Shown: piece by piece, positions 22,347 to 32,804 of the stretch
Layout of the letters: the number at the start of each line of letters is the position of its first letter
Numbering within the stretch: position 1 is the stretch's first letter
Virus record (IMG/VR): IMGVR_UViG_3300033067_002032
Location: 1 to 40,907 of that record
Length of the DNA stretch: 40,907 nucleotides
From: a virus
Taxonomy: Duplodnaviria; Caudoviricetes
Reading direction: 5' to 3' (one strand)
Position numbers and translations under genes: made by a program
The notes under the pieces: model-generated
Told to the model about the DNA's origin: nothing
Seen by the model: only the letters and a program-made list of their open reading frames with translations
The model's database searches: none

Positions 22347-25300
22347 GGTTTTTCAGGAGTCCCGACTTGCGGAACGCCAGAAGTTTTTTACCAGCCGTCG
22401 TATCCCCGGATGCGATGGCTTTTTGTAGGTTCACCACGTTCTGCGCGATCTGAGGCGCGAACATCTCCGCGCGTACCGTGTTGTAGGCGTCGTTCATCAT
22501 GCCCTGTAAAGCCTTCGACTGCTGTTCGAGGGGGAGCGTTTGGAACTCAGGATCAGCGATCGCCTTCTCCATCTCGTCGAGCTGCACGCCACCGATGGCA
22601 CGTTGCAGGTTCATCTTCTCTTTCTTCTCCATCGGAATCTCGAAGCCTCCCATCTTCAACGTGTCTTGGATCGCCGTCGGCATGATCGGTTCGTTCGCGT
22701 CGTAGAGTTCCTGCATCTTCTTGAAGACAGGATTCTCGTCGATCACGTTGACGCGTACAGGCGAGAAGTATTGTTGAACGGCACGCTCGTACCACGGGCG
22801 GTTGTCCTTCAGCTCACGGCCGAACGCGTCCAGTTTCTCCGGCATCGACTGGCTTACGCCAGGGATGCGCGACATGAAGGCATCCTTGATCGTCTTGTTT
22901 TCACGCTCGATCGGATCGACGACCTTGGCCGTACGACCGATGAGGGCTGGGACGATGGAGCCTGCGACCTGTTTTGGAATCGTCATCAGGTTTCGCTCCG
23001 GGTCTTTGAGCGTATCGGCTACGGCACTCATGCCTTGGACGTAAGGCTGGTCTCCGAACGACGTGATAGCGGACGCGGCTCCGGCCTTCGCCACGTCGAG
23101 CGCGTCGCCTCCGTCTTGGAGCGCGTTGTACGAGTCGGCACCGATACCGAGGATGGCTCCGAATGGCCCAAGGCGAGAGAGTTCTACCCAGTGTCCGTCG
23201 ATCTTGACGGCGTTGGGGATCGCCTTCTGTTGCTGCCAGATGATCCGCTCTTTCGGATCGCGCGGATAAGACCCCGTAATGAGGTTGTTCTTTGCGAGGA
23301 TGGCACCCGAACCGATCATTGCCGTACCCGTAAGGGCGCGAGACAGGGATTGGATGACCTCACGTTGCGAACCGCCCTTGATTCCCTTGGCGACCGCCGT
23401 GATGAATCCAGCCGGGGTGTAATCAAGGATCGTGGTAGCGACGGCTGCCGGGGTCTTCTTAAACGGCAGGATGACTTCAGCGGCGATCTTACCGACCGAA
23501 GTTTTGTTCGCCCCCTTCTGAAGCCCTGAGAGCATGTTGCCGATCGTGGTGTTCCGGTGGAACGTCGCATACTCGGAATCGTTGATCGCGTTCTGAAGCA
23601 TGTCCTCCGTCGGCTTGTTGACGAGCCGCTTCACTTCGGCTACGAAGTCGTCACCTTTTTTCCCAGCTTCCTTCGCGGCGAGCTTCGCTTGTTCGAAGAG
23701 GGAACGCTTCATCGCATTCTCAGCGAAGATACGATCTTGCATGGAGAGCGCACCGAATACCGTATCGGTGTATTTTTGTGCCGCTCTGCCAAAGAACGAG
23801 TTCTGATCGAAGGTAAGTTTCTGAGGGAGGTCGAACTTCATCACCTCTTCTTCCGCGATCCCGCGACGCATACCTTCCACCCAATCGGACGCGGCCTTGC
23901 GGACGCCGCCTTCTTTCAATCCCTTCCATGCGTCCCCGACGTGGAGACCGGCGAGGGAACCTTCTAGGTTTAATCCGATAGTACGAGGTTTCCCACGGAT
24001 AGCGGAAACCACTATGTCGATCATGGCGGCAGGAATATCCTTCGCCGTTTCCATCATCTGCATGATGACGTTACCGCCCATGTTCGCCAGGTGCGTTGTA
24101 GGCGATGAGAGCAAGCCAGCTTTCCAGATGCCGATCGTCTTATCGAGAATGTCGGACTCACGACGAACGGCGTTTACCGCCTCGACGATCTTGAGCGGGT
24201 CTTTCTTCCCGGCCGCGTCAAGGATGTTGTGGACTTCGGAACCCGTCAGGTCACGTCCAGCCTCACGCTGAGCACGTTTCAGCCAGTACGTCTGATCCAT
24301 GTTTTCCATTGCCGTGAGGCGCATGGCGCTGAGGGCGCGAGCCGTTTCCGTTTGCCCCGCCGTGAACTTACGGAGCGTACGATCGAGTTGCGCTTCGTGC
24401 TTAGCGATCTCCATGCCGATTGAGAGTTCTTGGTCAGGATTCGCATTCTTGAGCGCCGTGAGACGAGCGATCTCGGACGTGTCCGCTTTCATCAAAGAGC
24501 GAAGTTGCACGACCTGATCATCCGTCAGTCCAGCTTTCGTGGAATTATCGAGGAGGGTCTTGAGATCAATGCCGGATTCATAGGCCAGCTTCTTAACCTC
24601 CTCATGAGTACGCACGTCGCGCGTGGTCAACCCAAGGGCGGTACGGCGGTCCTCAATAATTTTTACCTCTTCTGGGACAGTGGTCACTTTATCTGTGCGG
24701 AAAAGCTGCTTGACCTTGGTAGTCTCTGGGTCATCCGGGAGATCAACCTTGGACGTCTGAGGAGTAGCATCAACTTCTTGGCTAACATTAGGCAAAGAGT
24801 TATCCACATTTGCTGCAACAGTATTGTCAGGAACCTGTTTGCTCATCTCCCCCACTACTTCTTCAGCTTGACGGGGGGTCTTCTTTTTGCCTTTAGCGAT
24901 CTTACTCATCAACCCTTCCGTTGGCGCTGGGGCTACAGATGAGGCTGGGACAGCTCTAGACATCTGAACTGGTACAACGACACCCTCGCCTTCCTTGGCC
25001 TTGTTAGCGAGCGTTTTAACGGCTCCTCGTACATCCTCACCATGCTTAATCGCCTGCTCTTTCGTCCATCCGGTATGGCTCATTAACTCAGACAGGTACT
25101 CAGCGTCCCGTTTTGAAGGCGTTCCACGCTTCGCCACGATATAGGCCGCCTTGTCAATATCTGAAGCGAACTCAGGAACAATGTCTTTATAGCGGGGTTT
25201 CGCGCCAGCCAAGAACTTCGAAAGGAACTTAGTTGCAGGTCCGGCCGTTTCCTCGGCCACTTCTTTCGAGACCTTCTTTCCCTTTCCTCCTGCCCCTGGT

Positions 25301-25968
25301 TCGACGTCAAGAGCCTTTACGCCTCCAATCGCTAAAGCAGCAAATGGGGTTGAGACCCCAGAGATAAATTTTGAGGAAAAAGATTCCGGGCTAGCTCCAC
25401 CCGCGACGGCTGGGTTGTGTTGCTTCACATATTCGTAGGCCGTAGACATGCTGTCCTGCAATTCCCGATCAAGAGGTTTAACCTCTTCTTGCCCTAGCAG
25501 GTTCTTCGTAACGACATTCCCAGGGGTATATCCTTGGTCGTTTCCGCCTGTGACAACCTGCCGTCCGAGTTGAGTAACGAGACGAGCAGCGGGCTGTACG
25601 ACAAGCTCCTTTGGCAAATTGACGGCAAGCTTAGCCCCGGACTTCAACTGTTCCGTTATCTTTGGTGACTGCACGCCTTGCTTCACGTTTGCATAGGAAT
25701 CAGGCGCGACGGACTTTGCGATCTTTTTTATAAGACCAGGCTCTTTTACTGGAGCGGGCGTCGGCTTCACGCTCATGATTGGCTCTGGTGCTTTACGTGC
25801 CAATGTCTCCATGCTCATTGCTGGAGTAGGGGCTATCGGTCTTGAGGATGGAAGCATGGCCGTGGTTGAACCAGACGACCCAAAGCCCAGCCCGTCGTTG
25901 GGCTGGGCTGGTGGTGAGCTGGCGCGATCCCGAGAGACCGCTTTCTTGATGATGTCGAGAACGCTCAT
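22294..25968 (-). CDS. Large internal virion / DNA ejection protein
   Basis: 1224 aa, helical and Ala/Gly-rich, last gene of the podovirus-type late operon; C-terminal region with LGPFG and DAFGRE patterns typical of such proteins. Confidence 0.65.
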   Translation of the reverse strand: MSVLDIIKKAVSRDRASSPPAQPNDGLGFGSSGSTTAMLPSSRPIAPTPAMSMETLARKAPEPIMSVKPTPAPVKEPGLIKKIAKSVAPDSYANVKQGVQSPKITEQLKSGAKLAVNLPKELVVQPAARLVTQLGRQVVTGGNDQGYTPGNVVTKNLLGQEEVKPLDRELQDSMSTAYEYVKQHNPAVAGGASPESFSSKFISGVSTPFAALAIGGVKALDVEPGAGGKGKKVSKEVAEETAGPATKFLSKFLAGAKPRYKDIVPEFASDIDKAAYIVAKRGTPSKRDAEYLSELMSHTGWTKEQAIKHGEDVRGAVKTLANKAKEGEGVVVPVQMSRAVPASSVAPAPTEGLMSKIAKGKKKTPRQAEEVVGEMSKQVPDNTVAANVDNSLPNVSQEVDATPQTSKVDLPDDPETTKVKQLFRTDKVTTVPEEVKIIEDRRTALGLTTRDVRTHEEVKKLAYESGIDLKTLLDNSTKAGLTDDQVVQLRSLMKADTSEIARLTALKNANPDQELSIGMEIAKHEAQLDRTLRKFTAGQTETARALSAMRLTAMENMDQTYWLKRAQREAGRDLTGSEVHNILDAAGKKDPLKIVEAVNAVRRESDILDKTIGIWKAGLLSSPTTHLANMGGNVIMQMMETAKDIPAAMIDIVVSAIRGKPRTIGLNLEGSLAGLHVGDAWKGLKEGGVRKAASDWVEGMRRGIAEEEVMKFDLPQKLTFDQNSFFGRAAQKYTDTVFGALSMQDRIFAENAMKRSLFEQAKLAAKEAGKKGDDFVAEVKRLVNKPTEDMLQNAINDSEYATFHRNTTIGNMLSGLQKGANKTSVGKIAAEVILPFKKTPAAVATTILDYTPAGFITAVAKGIKGGSQREVIQSLSRALTGTAMIGSGAILAKNNLITGSYPRDPKERIIWQQQKAIPNAVKIDGHWVELSRLGPFGAILGIGADSYNALQDGGDALDVAKAGAASAITSFGDQPYVQGMSAVADTLKDPERNLMTIPKQVAGSIVPALIGRTAKVVDPIERENKTIKDAFMSRIPGVSQSMPEKLDAFGRELKDNRPWYERAVQQYFSPVRVNVIDENPVFKKMQELYDANEPIMPTAIQDTLKMGGFEIPMEKKEKMNLQRAIGGVQLDEMEKAIADPEFQTLPLEQQSKALQGMMNDAYNTVRAEMFAPQIAQNVVNLQKAIASGDTTAGKKLLAFRKSGLLKNPTVQFELQRLGQSLLAE

Positions 25969-25979
25969 AGGGTTGTGGG

Positions 25980-27971
25980 TTATCTTACGTAGTTACGCCA
26001 GTTGTAGGTTGACGCTGGGGTGCTGCTCGCCGGAGCGGGGGCTGGGGCGGGCGTAGGAGCGCTTGGAGCCGTAGGCGCGACTGGGGCGGGCGTAGGAGCG
26101 CTTGGAGCCGTAGGCGCGACTGGGGCGACCGGAGGGCGAGGCATTGGCGAGTAGAGGTCGTTGACCTGGTTCGACGTACGCTGGCCTTCCTGGATGCCGT
26201 AGGTCGTAGCCGGAGCCGAGGCGACGCCTCCGGCGGCACGGAGCAGGCGAACGTAGTCCGCTGTCTGCTTGGCCGTAGGGACGCCCGTCTTTCCGGTAGA
26301 GGCGTGCATGTTGGCAGCCGCGAGAATTTCGGCGGCGGTTGGCGCACCGCCATCGACGGTCGAGCCGGAACCGCCACTCGTTGTCTTCCGAGTTTGCGCC
26401 CAGACCTTCGCCGTATCCGCTTCCAACTTTTTGAGCTGAGCGGGGAGAAGCGTCGTGATCTTTGTCGTTTGAGCCTTCGTGAGATCGGTCTTCGCGCCGC
26501 TCGTGAATGTCGCGTTCGCCTGGGCGTTCGCAGCTTGCGCTTGGTTCTCCGCGATTTCGGAAGGGGCTTTGGACTCAGCGACGGCAGTCTTGCGGGAATC
26601 GACCGTGGCGACGCCTTCGACGGAGCCTTGAGCAATTTCCTTTTTGAGTTCGAGTTCTTCCTGATCGTTCAGGCGGCGGCCAAGTTGGTTCTCAATGTCA
26701 GCCTTGAGCTTGGCATACTTGAAGTCGATGCCTGCTTCAGCCGTTTCTTTCTTTTGCTGCATACCTGCGACCTGGATCATCTGGGCGATCGCTGCCTTGC
26801 GCTCTTCGATCGCTTTGTCGATCTGCTTATTGCGTTCCGCTTTCTGCGAATCGCTAATTGCGGCGGTCGCGTTCGTGTAGCGCATGTTTTCAGAAGAGGC
26901 GAGGCTAGCGTAGTGGCGTTCAAGATCGCGCATCTGTTCCTGCCCGTACGCGTCATTCTGTACCGAGATGCCACGAGAGGCGAGCTGCTGGATCAGTTTG
27001 TTGCGGTCGTTGCCGAGTTCGCGCGTGAGGCGCTGTTGTTCACCGTCGCTAATCATCGTTTCACGTTTGAGCTTGTCGTAGTATTCCTGCTCTTGGTTCA
27101 ACTGCATGACGCGGGCGGCGGCACTGTTCGGATCAAGCATCCCGTTCTCGTCGATCATGTTGCGGAGCGTGTAGGAAAGGTATTCCTGATCGTCCATTCC
27201 AGCCGTCGGAGTGGAGGGCGAGTTGCGCTGCTTGCGAGCGGTCATGTCGTTGATGTCCGCCTGAAGCTGTTCGGCACGGTAGGCCATCTGAGCGCGGATC
27301 GTAGGATCGGCGTTCATGTTCTGGATGGAACTCAATTCGCGTTGTTTGTCTTGGAGGATACGTTCTTCCACGGAAGACCATTCGACGGGACGCGTGAGCT
27401 GGGCTGGGTGGTAGACGCCGTTCTCGTCTCGATAGCCTGCGACGACTTCCGGTTTGAACGTGCGAGCCGTTTCCGCCATTGAAGCCGGAGTAGCCGTTTG
27501 TGTAGGCACCGGAGCGGTGCGGGTCTGACCTGTCGCCGTGGGAGACGAAGGGGAGCCAGCGCTGGTAGGGGCGGGAGTAGGCGTCGAGCTTGGAGGAACG
27601 TAGGAAGGATTGAGGGAAGACTGTGCCGTGACCTGTCTCATCATATCGGCAAGGGCGGTCTGCACGTTTCGGTTGATCCCCTGGTTCACCTCAGCTTGGT
27701 TCGTCCCGGATACCGGGGCATACCCACGCTGCTGAAGCATCGCTTGAGTCCCGAGCATTCCGTCGTTCGAGAAGTCGTATTGAGGCGTTGGCGTCGTCGG
27801 GGCGTTCGTCCGGGGAGGAGTGATCGTCGGAGCCGCGACGGACGGCGTGGATGGGGTTGACGTATTGTACGCGCGAGCAGCCGAAGACATCGTGCTGTTT
27901 ACAGGCGCGGGTGCCGGGGCAGCCGGGGTGGTCGTACGACGCGTGGTCGTCTGATTGAGGACAAGAGCCAT
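25980..27971 (-). CDS. Putative internal virion/ejection protein with Pro/Thr-rich termini
   Basis: 663 aa; coiled-coil core; located after the tail fibre. Confidence 0.55.
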   Translation of the reverse strand: MALVLNQTTTRRTTTPAAPAPAPVNSTMSSAARAYNTSTPSTPSVAAPTITPPRTNAPTTPTPQYDFSNDGMLGTQAMLQQRGYAPVSGTNQAEVNQGINRNVQTALADMMRQVTAQSSLNPSYVPPSSTPTPAPTSAGSPSSPTATGQTRTAPVPTQTATPASMAETARTFKPEVVAGYRDENGVYHPAQLTRPVEWSSVEERILQDKQRELSSIQNMNADPTIRAQMAYRAEQLQADINDMTARKQRNSPSTPTAGMDDQEYLSYTLRNMIDENGMLDPNSAAARVMQLNQEQEYYDKLKRETMISDGEQQRLTRELGNDRNKLIQQLASRGISVQNDAYGQEQMRDLERHYASLASSENMRYTNATAAISDSQKAERNKQIDKAIEERKAAIAQMIQVAGMQQKKETAEAGIDFKYAKLKADIENQLGRRLNDQEELELKKEIAQGSVEGVATVDSRKTAVAESKAPSEIAENQAQAANAQANATFTSGAKTDLTKAQTTKITTLLPAQLKKLEADTAKVWAQTRKTTSGGSGSTVDGGAPTAAEILAAANMHASTGKTGVPTAKQTADYVRLLRAAGGVASAPATTYGIQEGQRTSNQVNDLYSPMPRPPVAPVAPTAPSAPTPAPVAPTAPSAPTPAPAPAPASSTPASTYNWRNYVR
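26042..26127. repeat. Perfect 39-bp tandem duplication (about 2.2 copies) encoding APVAPTAPSAPTP
   Basis: 26042-26080 is identical to 26081-26119. Confidence 0.9.
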
Positions 27972-27998
27972 ATATTCGATAGGTAGTATAGCAGGCTT

Positions 27999-29612
27999 TT
28001 ATTCAAAAGCTGTGTAAACAAGCGAGGCCGAGATGTTCAAACCTGCACCACCCAATGTCGTATTGACGATACGAGTTGTGAACCCGGTTTCACTTACAGC
28101 ATTCATAGTAAGCACACCACTACATCGGTTTCCGAAGCCACTACTTGATGTGACTGTTGGATCATAAGACCCGACGACCCCATGGATATTATCCGTCGTA
28201 AGCGCGGTAGCAGCACCATTTGGGTTGGCCACACAACCAGCAACACGCGTCGTGCCAAAATAAACAGCCTGACCCCTTGATGTAAGACCGCCGTTACTTT
28301 CTGTGATATTGGTTACCCCAATAATAATCACGCTAGGCTGAAACCCGATGGTGGTTGTCACGTCCTGCGTACCAGCTCCAGCGGAGGAGTGCGCTATCGT
28401 CCCACTAGCGATCTTCTTGCCAAACAAAATTCTAAGCGTGGTCGTGCTCGTTGCTATGCCAATTGGGATTGAGCAAGATGTAGAAGGGGTGACGCCGATA
28501 GTCCCCACTGTGTCCTGAAGGTAGTAGAGAGAGTTCTTCACTAAGACAGATGGGAACGTGATAATGCCAGAGGTTCGGACAACTGGGGTGGTTGTAATTG
28601 AAGCATTTGTGGTGACGAAACCAATAGCTTTAACAAGCGTATTGTCGTTAGCACCTGCTTTATACAGTAGGCCATCCGAAGTTTTTATGGCTACAACAAG
28701 GGGCGTGGTTGAACCGTCTATTGCTTCACCCGTGGTGATGTTGTTTATCGTAGCTGTAAGCGTGTTGAGGCGCGATGCGCGCACTGCGTCATTATCAGAA
28801 TCCGGATCACTCGTAATCTGTAAGTTGTCTGCGGTGAACGTCTGAGCAGTTGACCACGTGCGGATTTTATCGACGAGGCCATCATTCTGAGAGAGCCATG
28901 CGCGACGGTCAGCTACGGCAGTGATGTCCGTACCGCTTGTCGTGACGACCGCGAGAGGAAGGTTGTTCGCGCTAAAGGCCGAGGTATTGATTGAAAGCGT
29001 GTTCGTGTTTGGGTTCAGCTCGACGTAGTTCGTCGCGGAAGGCGTGACGGCGGCGGCGGCGGAACCAGCGAACTGAGCGGTCGTCCCATCCTTCACGATG
29101 AACTGCCCGGCGTTCACGTTGATCGTGAGCGAGGGGTCGGCTCCGTTTTGCGTAACCAAGAAGGCAGCCACGGCACCGGAGGTAAGCGAGGCTACATATT
29201 CCATGTCCACCAAATGACGAGGATCGCTGATCGTGCGAGCCGTTGGGTTCAGCATGACGGCCGGAGCAGCGGAGACTCCGTTGAACACGTCGGCCATCGA
29301 GTTGTGCATACGGTGCATCGGAGCGAGCACCACGTCCACGTTCGCAGGGTGAGCGAGTCCGGTTCCCGCCGTATCCGTATCAGCCGAAGCGGAAACGCCA
29401 CGAATGACCCCTGAGAAGGTCGTGCCAGACGGGGCGGTCGGACAATAGACGATCTCAAAGTTCGCGGACTTTGGCTCGATGACGAACCAGTTCGGATATT
29501 GGATCGTTCCAGCCGGAACAGCCGCAAGCGTCATGCTTGTGGCAGTATCGGTCATGGACGATGAAAGGGTGGTCTTGAAGTTCGAGACGACCCGCTTGAT
29601 GTTGATGGCCAT
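27999..29612 (-). CDS. Tail fibre/spike protein
   Basis: N-terminal FKTTLSSSMTDTATSM...EIVY...VIRG...AHPANVDV anchor-type motif; Thr/Gly-rich beta C-terminus. Confidence 0.7.
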   Translation of the reverse strand: MAINIKRVVSNFKTTLSSSMTDTATSMTLAAVPAGTIQYPNWFVIEPKSANFEIVYCPTAPSGTTFSGVIRGVSASADTDTAGTGLAHPANVDVVLAPMHRMHNSMADVFNGVSAAPAVMLNPTARTISDPRHLVDMEYVASLTSGAVAAFLVTQNGADPSLTINVNAGQFIVKDGTTAQFAGSAAAAVTPSATNYVELNPNTNTLSINTSAFSANNLPLAVVTTSGTDITAVADRRAWLSQNDGLVDKIRTWSTAQTFTADNLQITSDPDSDNDAVRASRLNTLTATINNITTGEAIDGSTTPLVVAIKTSDGLLYKAGANDNTLVKAIGFVTTNASITTTPVVRTSGIITFPSVLVKNSLYYLQDTVGTIGVTPSTSCSIPIGIATSTTTLRILFGKKIASGTIAHSSAGAGTQDVTTTIGFQPSVIIIGVTNITESNGGLTSRGQAVYFGTTRVAGCVANPNGAATALTTDNIHGVVGSYDPTVTSSSGFGNRCSGVLTMNAVSETGFTTRIVNTTLGGAGLNISASLVYTAFE

Positions 29613-29620
29613 AAGGAGCG

Positions 29621-31183
29621 TTAGATGATGTGAGCAGGTGGGATACGGTCGAAGGCTTGCTTCTGCCCGTATGCCTTGATGTCTGTAATAACGAAGTCCA
29701 CATCCTTTTGTTCGTTCAGGAACTCAAGTCGCAGGGATGAGAACGGTTCTTGGATCGAGACCGACAGCGCCACCCAGAAACGTCGCAGCTCTATGGATGA
29801 GTCCGTCCCGCCGAATCCGGCGAATGGAACTGAGGCGAACTGGTCGGAGCCGAATGTCGGCACCGCTGAAGCGGCCACGTAGTCCCCGTCCCCCTCGATT
29901 AGCTTCGTCATGGCGACCGTGCTGGTATCTCCGTTCACATAAGCGTTCACGGTTATATCACAACCGGCAGAAATGAGACCGGCGATCTTGATGTAGCGAG
30001 TCGTTTTGTCGTCGATCGCCTCACCGAAGTCGAGGTCTTTGGTTTGGTAGAGCGCGTAGATCGGAGCGCCGTTATCGTCGTACTTCAGCGAGTTCGCTTG
30101 GTAGACGTTGAGATCGGAGGAGGAAGCCCACGTCAGTTTGTTTTGGTAAATCGTGAAATGGTTCGCCCCGACTCCGATGTACTTGCGCCACGATGAGTAG
30201 TTCTCATCGAAGATCATCCATTCGTTGTTCGATCCGCCGAGCGGGGTTTGATAGGAGAGGATGTAATTCTTCATCAGGTACTCGGCAGCGGCACGCGTGA
30301 TCGTCTGGTTCGTGAGGTAAGTGTCGATCAGCACCGAGCGCGAGGTGGAACGCACGTCTTGAAAGTAAGCCTCGTAACCGATACCGCTGATCTGACGATC
30401 CTTGTTCAAGACGAAGTTTGCGTTCTCGACCTGCTTTGTCGCGCGGTGGGCGAGCGAGCCGACCGAACGGTCACGAATCTTTTTCTTGTAGATGACACCC
30501 GATGAGTCAAACCCGACCTGCCACACGTCGCCGTTCGCAAGGATGGCGTGCATGGCTTCCGTGGATTCCTTGTCGAAGAACGGAACGAGCGTACGGATCG
30601 GAGATTGGAACGAGACGTTGGTCGCGCCACCGGAAGCGAAGTTCGTAAAAGCGTCTGGCGCACTGATGTCCAGACGTGTGAGGTTCGACGCGATCCCGGC
30701 GATCCAAAGACGAAGACCTGCGACGGCATAGATGTTTCCCTTCGGGTTTGCGCCCGTTCCTGTCACGGCCGGAGCGGTACCATCCCACGACGTATAGTTG
30801 TCCGTACCGTTTCCCATGTACACGGTGTCCTGATAAACCGCAAAGTCGAAATTGAGATCAGCCGTGTACCCCGTACCGATGTTCGTCCACACGCCACCGA
30901 TGAGAGCCTGAATGAACGTCGAATAGGTACGGATCAGGATTTCCGTACCGTCACGCTTCGTGAAGTTGAAGACCGATTTGATCGAGCCGACTCCGGCAGT
31001 CGTTGGGCCGACGAGCTGGAAACCGCGACGTTTCGTAAAAGCTCCCTTTGCCGAGTAGTCGATGTTATAGAGGTAGGGACTTTGGTTATCTTCAAGCTGG
31101 GTCGCGTTGAGTGACCATTTGGCGTTATAGCCCCCAGAGAAATCTTGGAGCAGTACGACTTCACGATTTCGTTCTTGTGCCAT
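29621..31183 (-). CDS. Tail nozzle / DNA-stabilisation protein (P22 gp10- or T7 gp12-like)
   Basis: DFSGGYN...N...KRRG N-terminus; beta-rich; YQTKDLDFG...K C-terminal motif. Confidence 0.75.
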   Translation of the reverse strand: MAQERNREVVLLQDFSGGYNAKWSLNATQLEDNQSPYLYNIDYSAKGAFTKRRGFQLVGPTTAGVGSIKSVFNFTKRDGTEILIRTYSTFIQALIGGVWTNIGTGYTADLNFDFAVYQDTVYMGNGTDNYTSWDGTAPAVTGTGANPKGNIYAVAGLRLWIAGIASNLTRLDISAPDAFTNFASGGATNVSFQSPIRTLVPFFDKESTEAMHAILANGDVWQVGFDSSGVIYKKKIRDRSVGSLAHRATKQVENANFVLNKDRQISGIGYEAYFQDVRSTSRSVLIDTYLTNQTITRAAAEYLMKNYILSYQTPLGGSNNEWMIFDENYSSWRKYIGVGANHFTIYQNKLTWASSSDLNVYQANSLKYDDNGAPIYALYQTKDLDFGEAIDDKTTRYIKIAGLISAGCDITVNAYVNGDTSTVAMTKLIEGDGDYVAASAVPTFGSDQFASVPFAGFGGTDSSIELRRFWVALSVSIQEPFSSLRLEFLNEQKDVDFVITDIKAYGQKQAFDRIPPAHII

Positions 31184-31184
31184 A

Positions 31185-31847
31185 TTAGAAAGATGCTCCG
31201 GCGTAGCTTTGTGCGCGGATCACGCGACGAGGCTCTTCCTCTTGCAAGACCTTCAGGCGGGCGGTGAAGATTTCCTTTGCGTCCGTATAGTCCTCACGGT
31301 TCGTACGATCCTTGCGGAAGGCGAGCATGAGCAAGCCTTCGACGACAAGATCGAGATAGTCTTCCGGGATCAAAAGTAAGTCCGTATTGATGAGCGGATA
31401 TTGTTGGCGCGTTCCGCTCGCAGACGACGCCATGTAGTTCGAGTAATAAATGACCGTGAGCGATCCCGTGAGGGATGAGGTCGATGGCGCGTACAAACGA
31501 AGCGTGCTGGTGTTTTCAATGGTGTACCCATTTACGTCACGAGCCGAAAGAAAATCCTTCGGATCGTAATACTGCATGGGAATCTGCACATCCGAACCCC
31601 CCGGGGCATTGGTGATTTCAAGAATCTCCTTGAACCCCGGGAGGAGCGTGGACAGATCGTAGGTTGTCGCTCCCGTCAAAGTGATCGAAGCCCGCTGTTC
31701 CTGGAAGGCATACGTATAGTTCGAGCCGATCATACGCAAAACTCGGCGCACCATGCGGAGCAGGGCGGCGTCGTCTACGAACGATGTAGACGTGTCGCGG
31801 AAGGTATCGCGGAACTCGTCTTTGATGTCTGACCAGGCGGTAGGCAT
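31185..31847 (-). CDS. Head-tail adaptor protein
   Basis: Helical N-terminus; LLIPEDYLDLVVEG C-terminal motif; directly precedes the nozzle. Confidence 0.7.
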   Translation of the reverse strand: MPTAWSDIKDEFRDTFRDTSTSFVDDAALLRMVRRVLRMIGSNYTYAFQEQRASITLTGATTYDLSTLLPGFKEILEITNAPGGSDVQIPMQYYDPKDFLSARDVNGYTIENTSTLRLYAPSTSSLTGSLTVIYYSNYMASSASGTRQQYPLINTDLLLIPEDYLDLVVEGLLMLAFRKDRTNREDYTDAKEIFTARLKVLQEEEPRRVIRAQSYAGASF

Positions 31848-31851
31848 AGGA

Positions 31852-32307
31852 TTATTTCTTTGAGAAGTAAGCAGCTCCCGTGATGTTCTTATAGACCTTC
31901 AGAACGTCACACTGTTTCCCCGTCCGCGGATCGACGCAGATGTACCCGGAGCCGGGGCCGGGGAGCGTGCGACGGATCGCAACGACCCAGTGCTTGCCAT
32001 CGTTCACTTGGAGCATGACGGCCTTGTTCGGGTCTTTCAGGTACTCTTGGATTTTCTTGTCGTCCCGACCGTAGCCACGCCAGTCGAACTTCATCTTTGC
32101 GAATTGAAGTTTTGTCCAAAGGATGAGGCCGTCCGGTGTGTAGTTGCTCACCGTTCGAGCGATAGCGTCAGGAAAGATTCGACCGCCAAAATAGTCCGAG
32201 AGCATCGAGATACACGTGGTCGTGCATCCGTAGTGGTACAGGTCGATGTTGCTCGCACCGAGTTTAATGCTTCCCCAGCGAGGGTCACGTTGTGAAAGGT
32301 AGATCAT
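31852..32307 (-). CDS. Peptidase C39-like protein; candidate lysis or cell-envelope enzyme
   Basis: YLSQRDPRW, YGCTTTCISM (Cys), HWVV (His), VDP (Asp). Confidence 0.8.
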   Translation of the reverse strand: MIYLSQRDPRWGSIKLGASNIDLYHYGCTTTCISMLSDYFGGRIFPDAIARTVSNYTPDGLILWTKLQFAKMKFDWRGYGRDDKKIQEYLKDPNKAVMLQVNDGKHWVVAIRRTLPGPGSGYICVDPRTGKQCDVLKVYKNITGAAYFSKK

Positions 32308-32373
32308 AGGAGTTGAGCGACATGCGCTCGACCCTCTCCACCGCGCAAATGGAGAGAGGCGATTCACGTCTGA

Positions 32374-32685
32374 TTAGGCGGCAGCTTCGGAGCTGGCTTC
32401 TGGGGCAACTTCGGCAATCTGTTCGAATTGCACCTTGCTCATTTCGCTTGGCTCTTCGAGGGCTTTGAAGTAAGCGGTGCGAACCTTGTCGAATCCGACA
32501 GCGCGGCCTTCTTCGGTATCCGTCAAGTGGGCGTCGAGCGTCCCTTGGCCGTTGATCCATCCGACGATGGAACCGAGGATGCCTTCGCGGTTTGCGACTG
32601 GATCGACGCGGAAACGCTTGGCGTAAAGGTCAACCATCTCTTGAGAGACTTCGACTTCATTAACGACGGTGAGAATGTTGGACAT
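32374..32685 (-). CDS. Hypothetical acidic protein
   Basis: ORF track; T-ATG start. Confidence 0.65.
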   Translation of the reverse strand: MSNILTVVNEVEVSQEMVDLYAKRFRVDPVANREGILGSIVGWINGQGTLDAHLTDTEEGRAVGFDKVRTAYFKALEEPSEMSKVQFEQIAEVAPEASSEAAA

Positions 32686-32708
32686 AATTTTATGATGAAT
32701 GTGTAAGG

Positions 32709-32799
32709 TTTCTCCCCCACCACCAAGGGCGAGTCATTGGTGAAGGTGCGAGTATGCGCGAAAGAGCGATCCCTCTCGCCGTGGGAGCTGGGGGAGAAA
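32709..32799 (-). other. Multi-branch intergenic RNA structure
   Basis: TTTCTCCCCCA/TGGGGGAGAAA 11-bp stem enclosing two hairpins. Confidence 0.6.
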
Positions 32800-32804
32800 A
32801 TGGT

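Noticed and set aside
24800-24808. Perfect DnaA box TTATCCACA
   Set aside because: Isolated inside a coding region with no adjacent promoter; likely chance.
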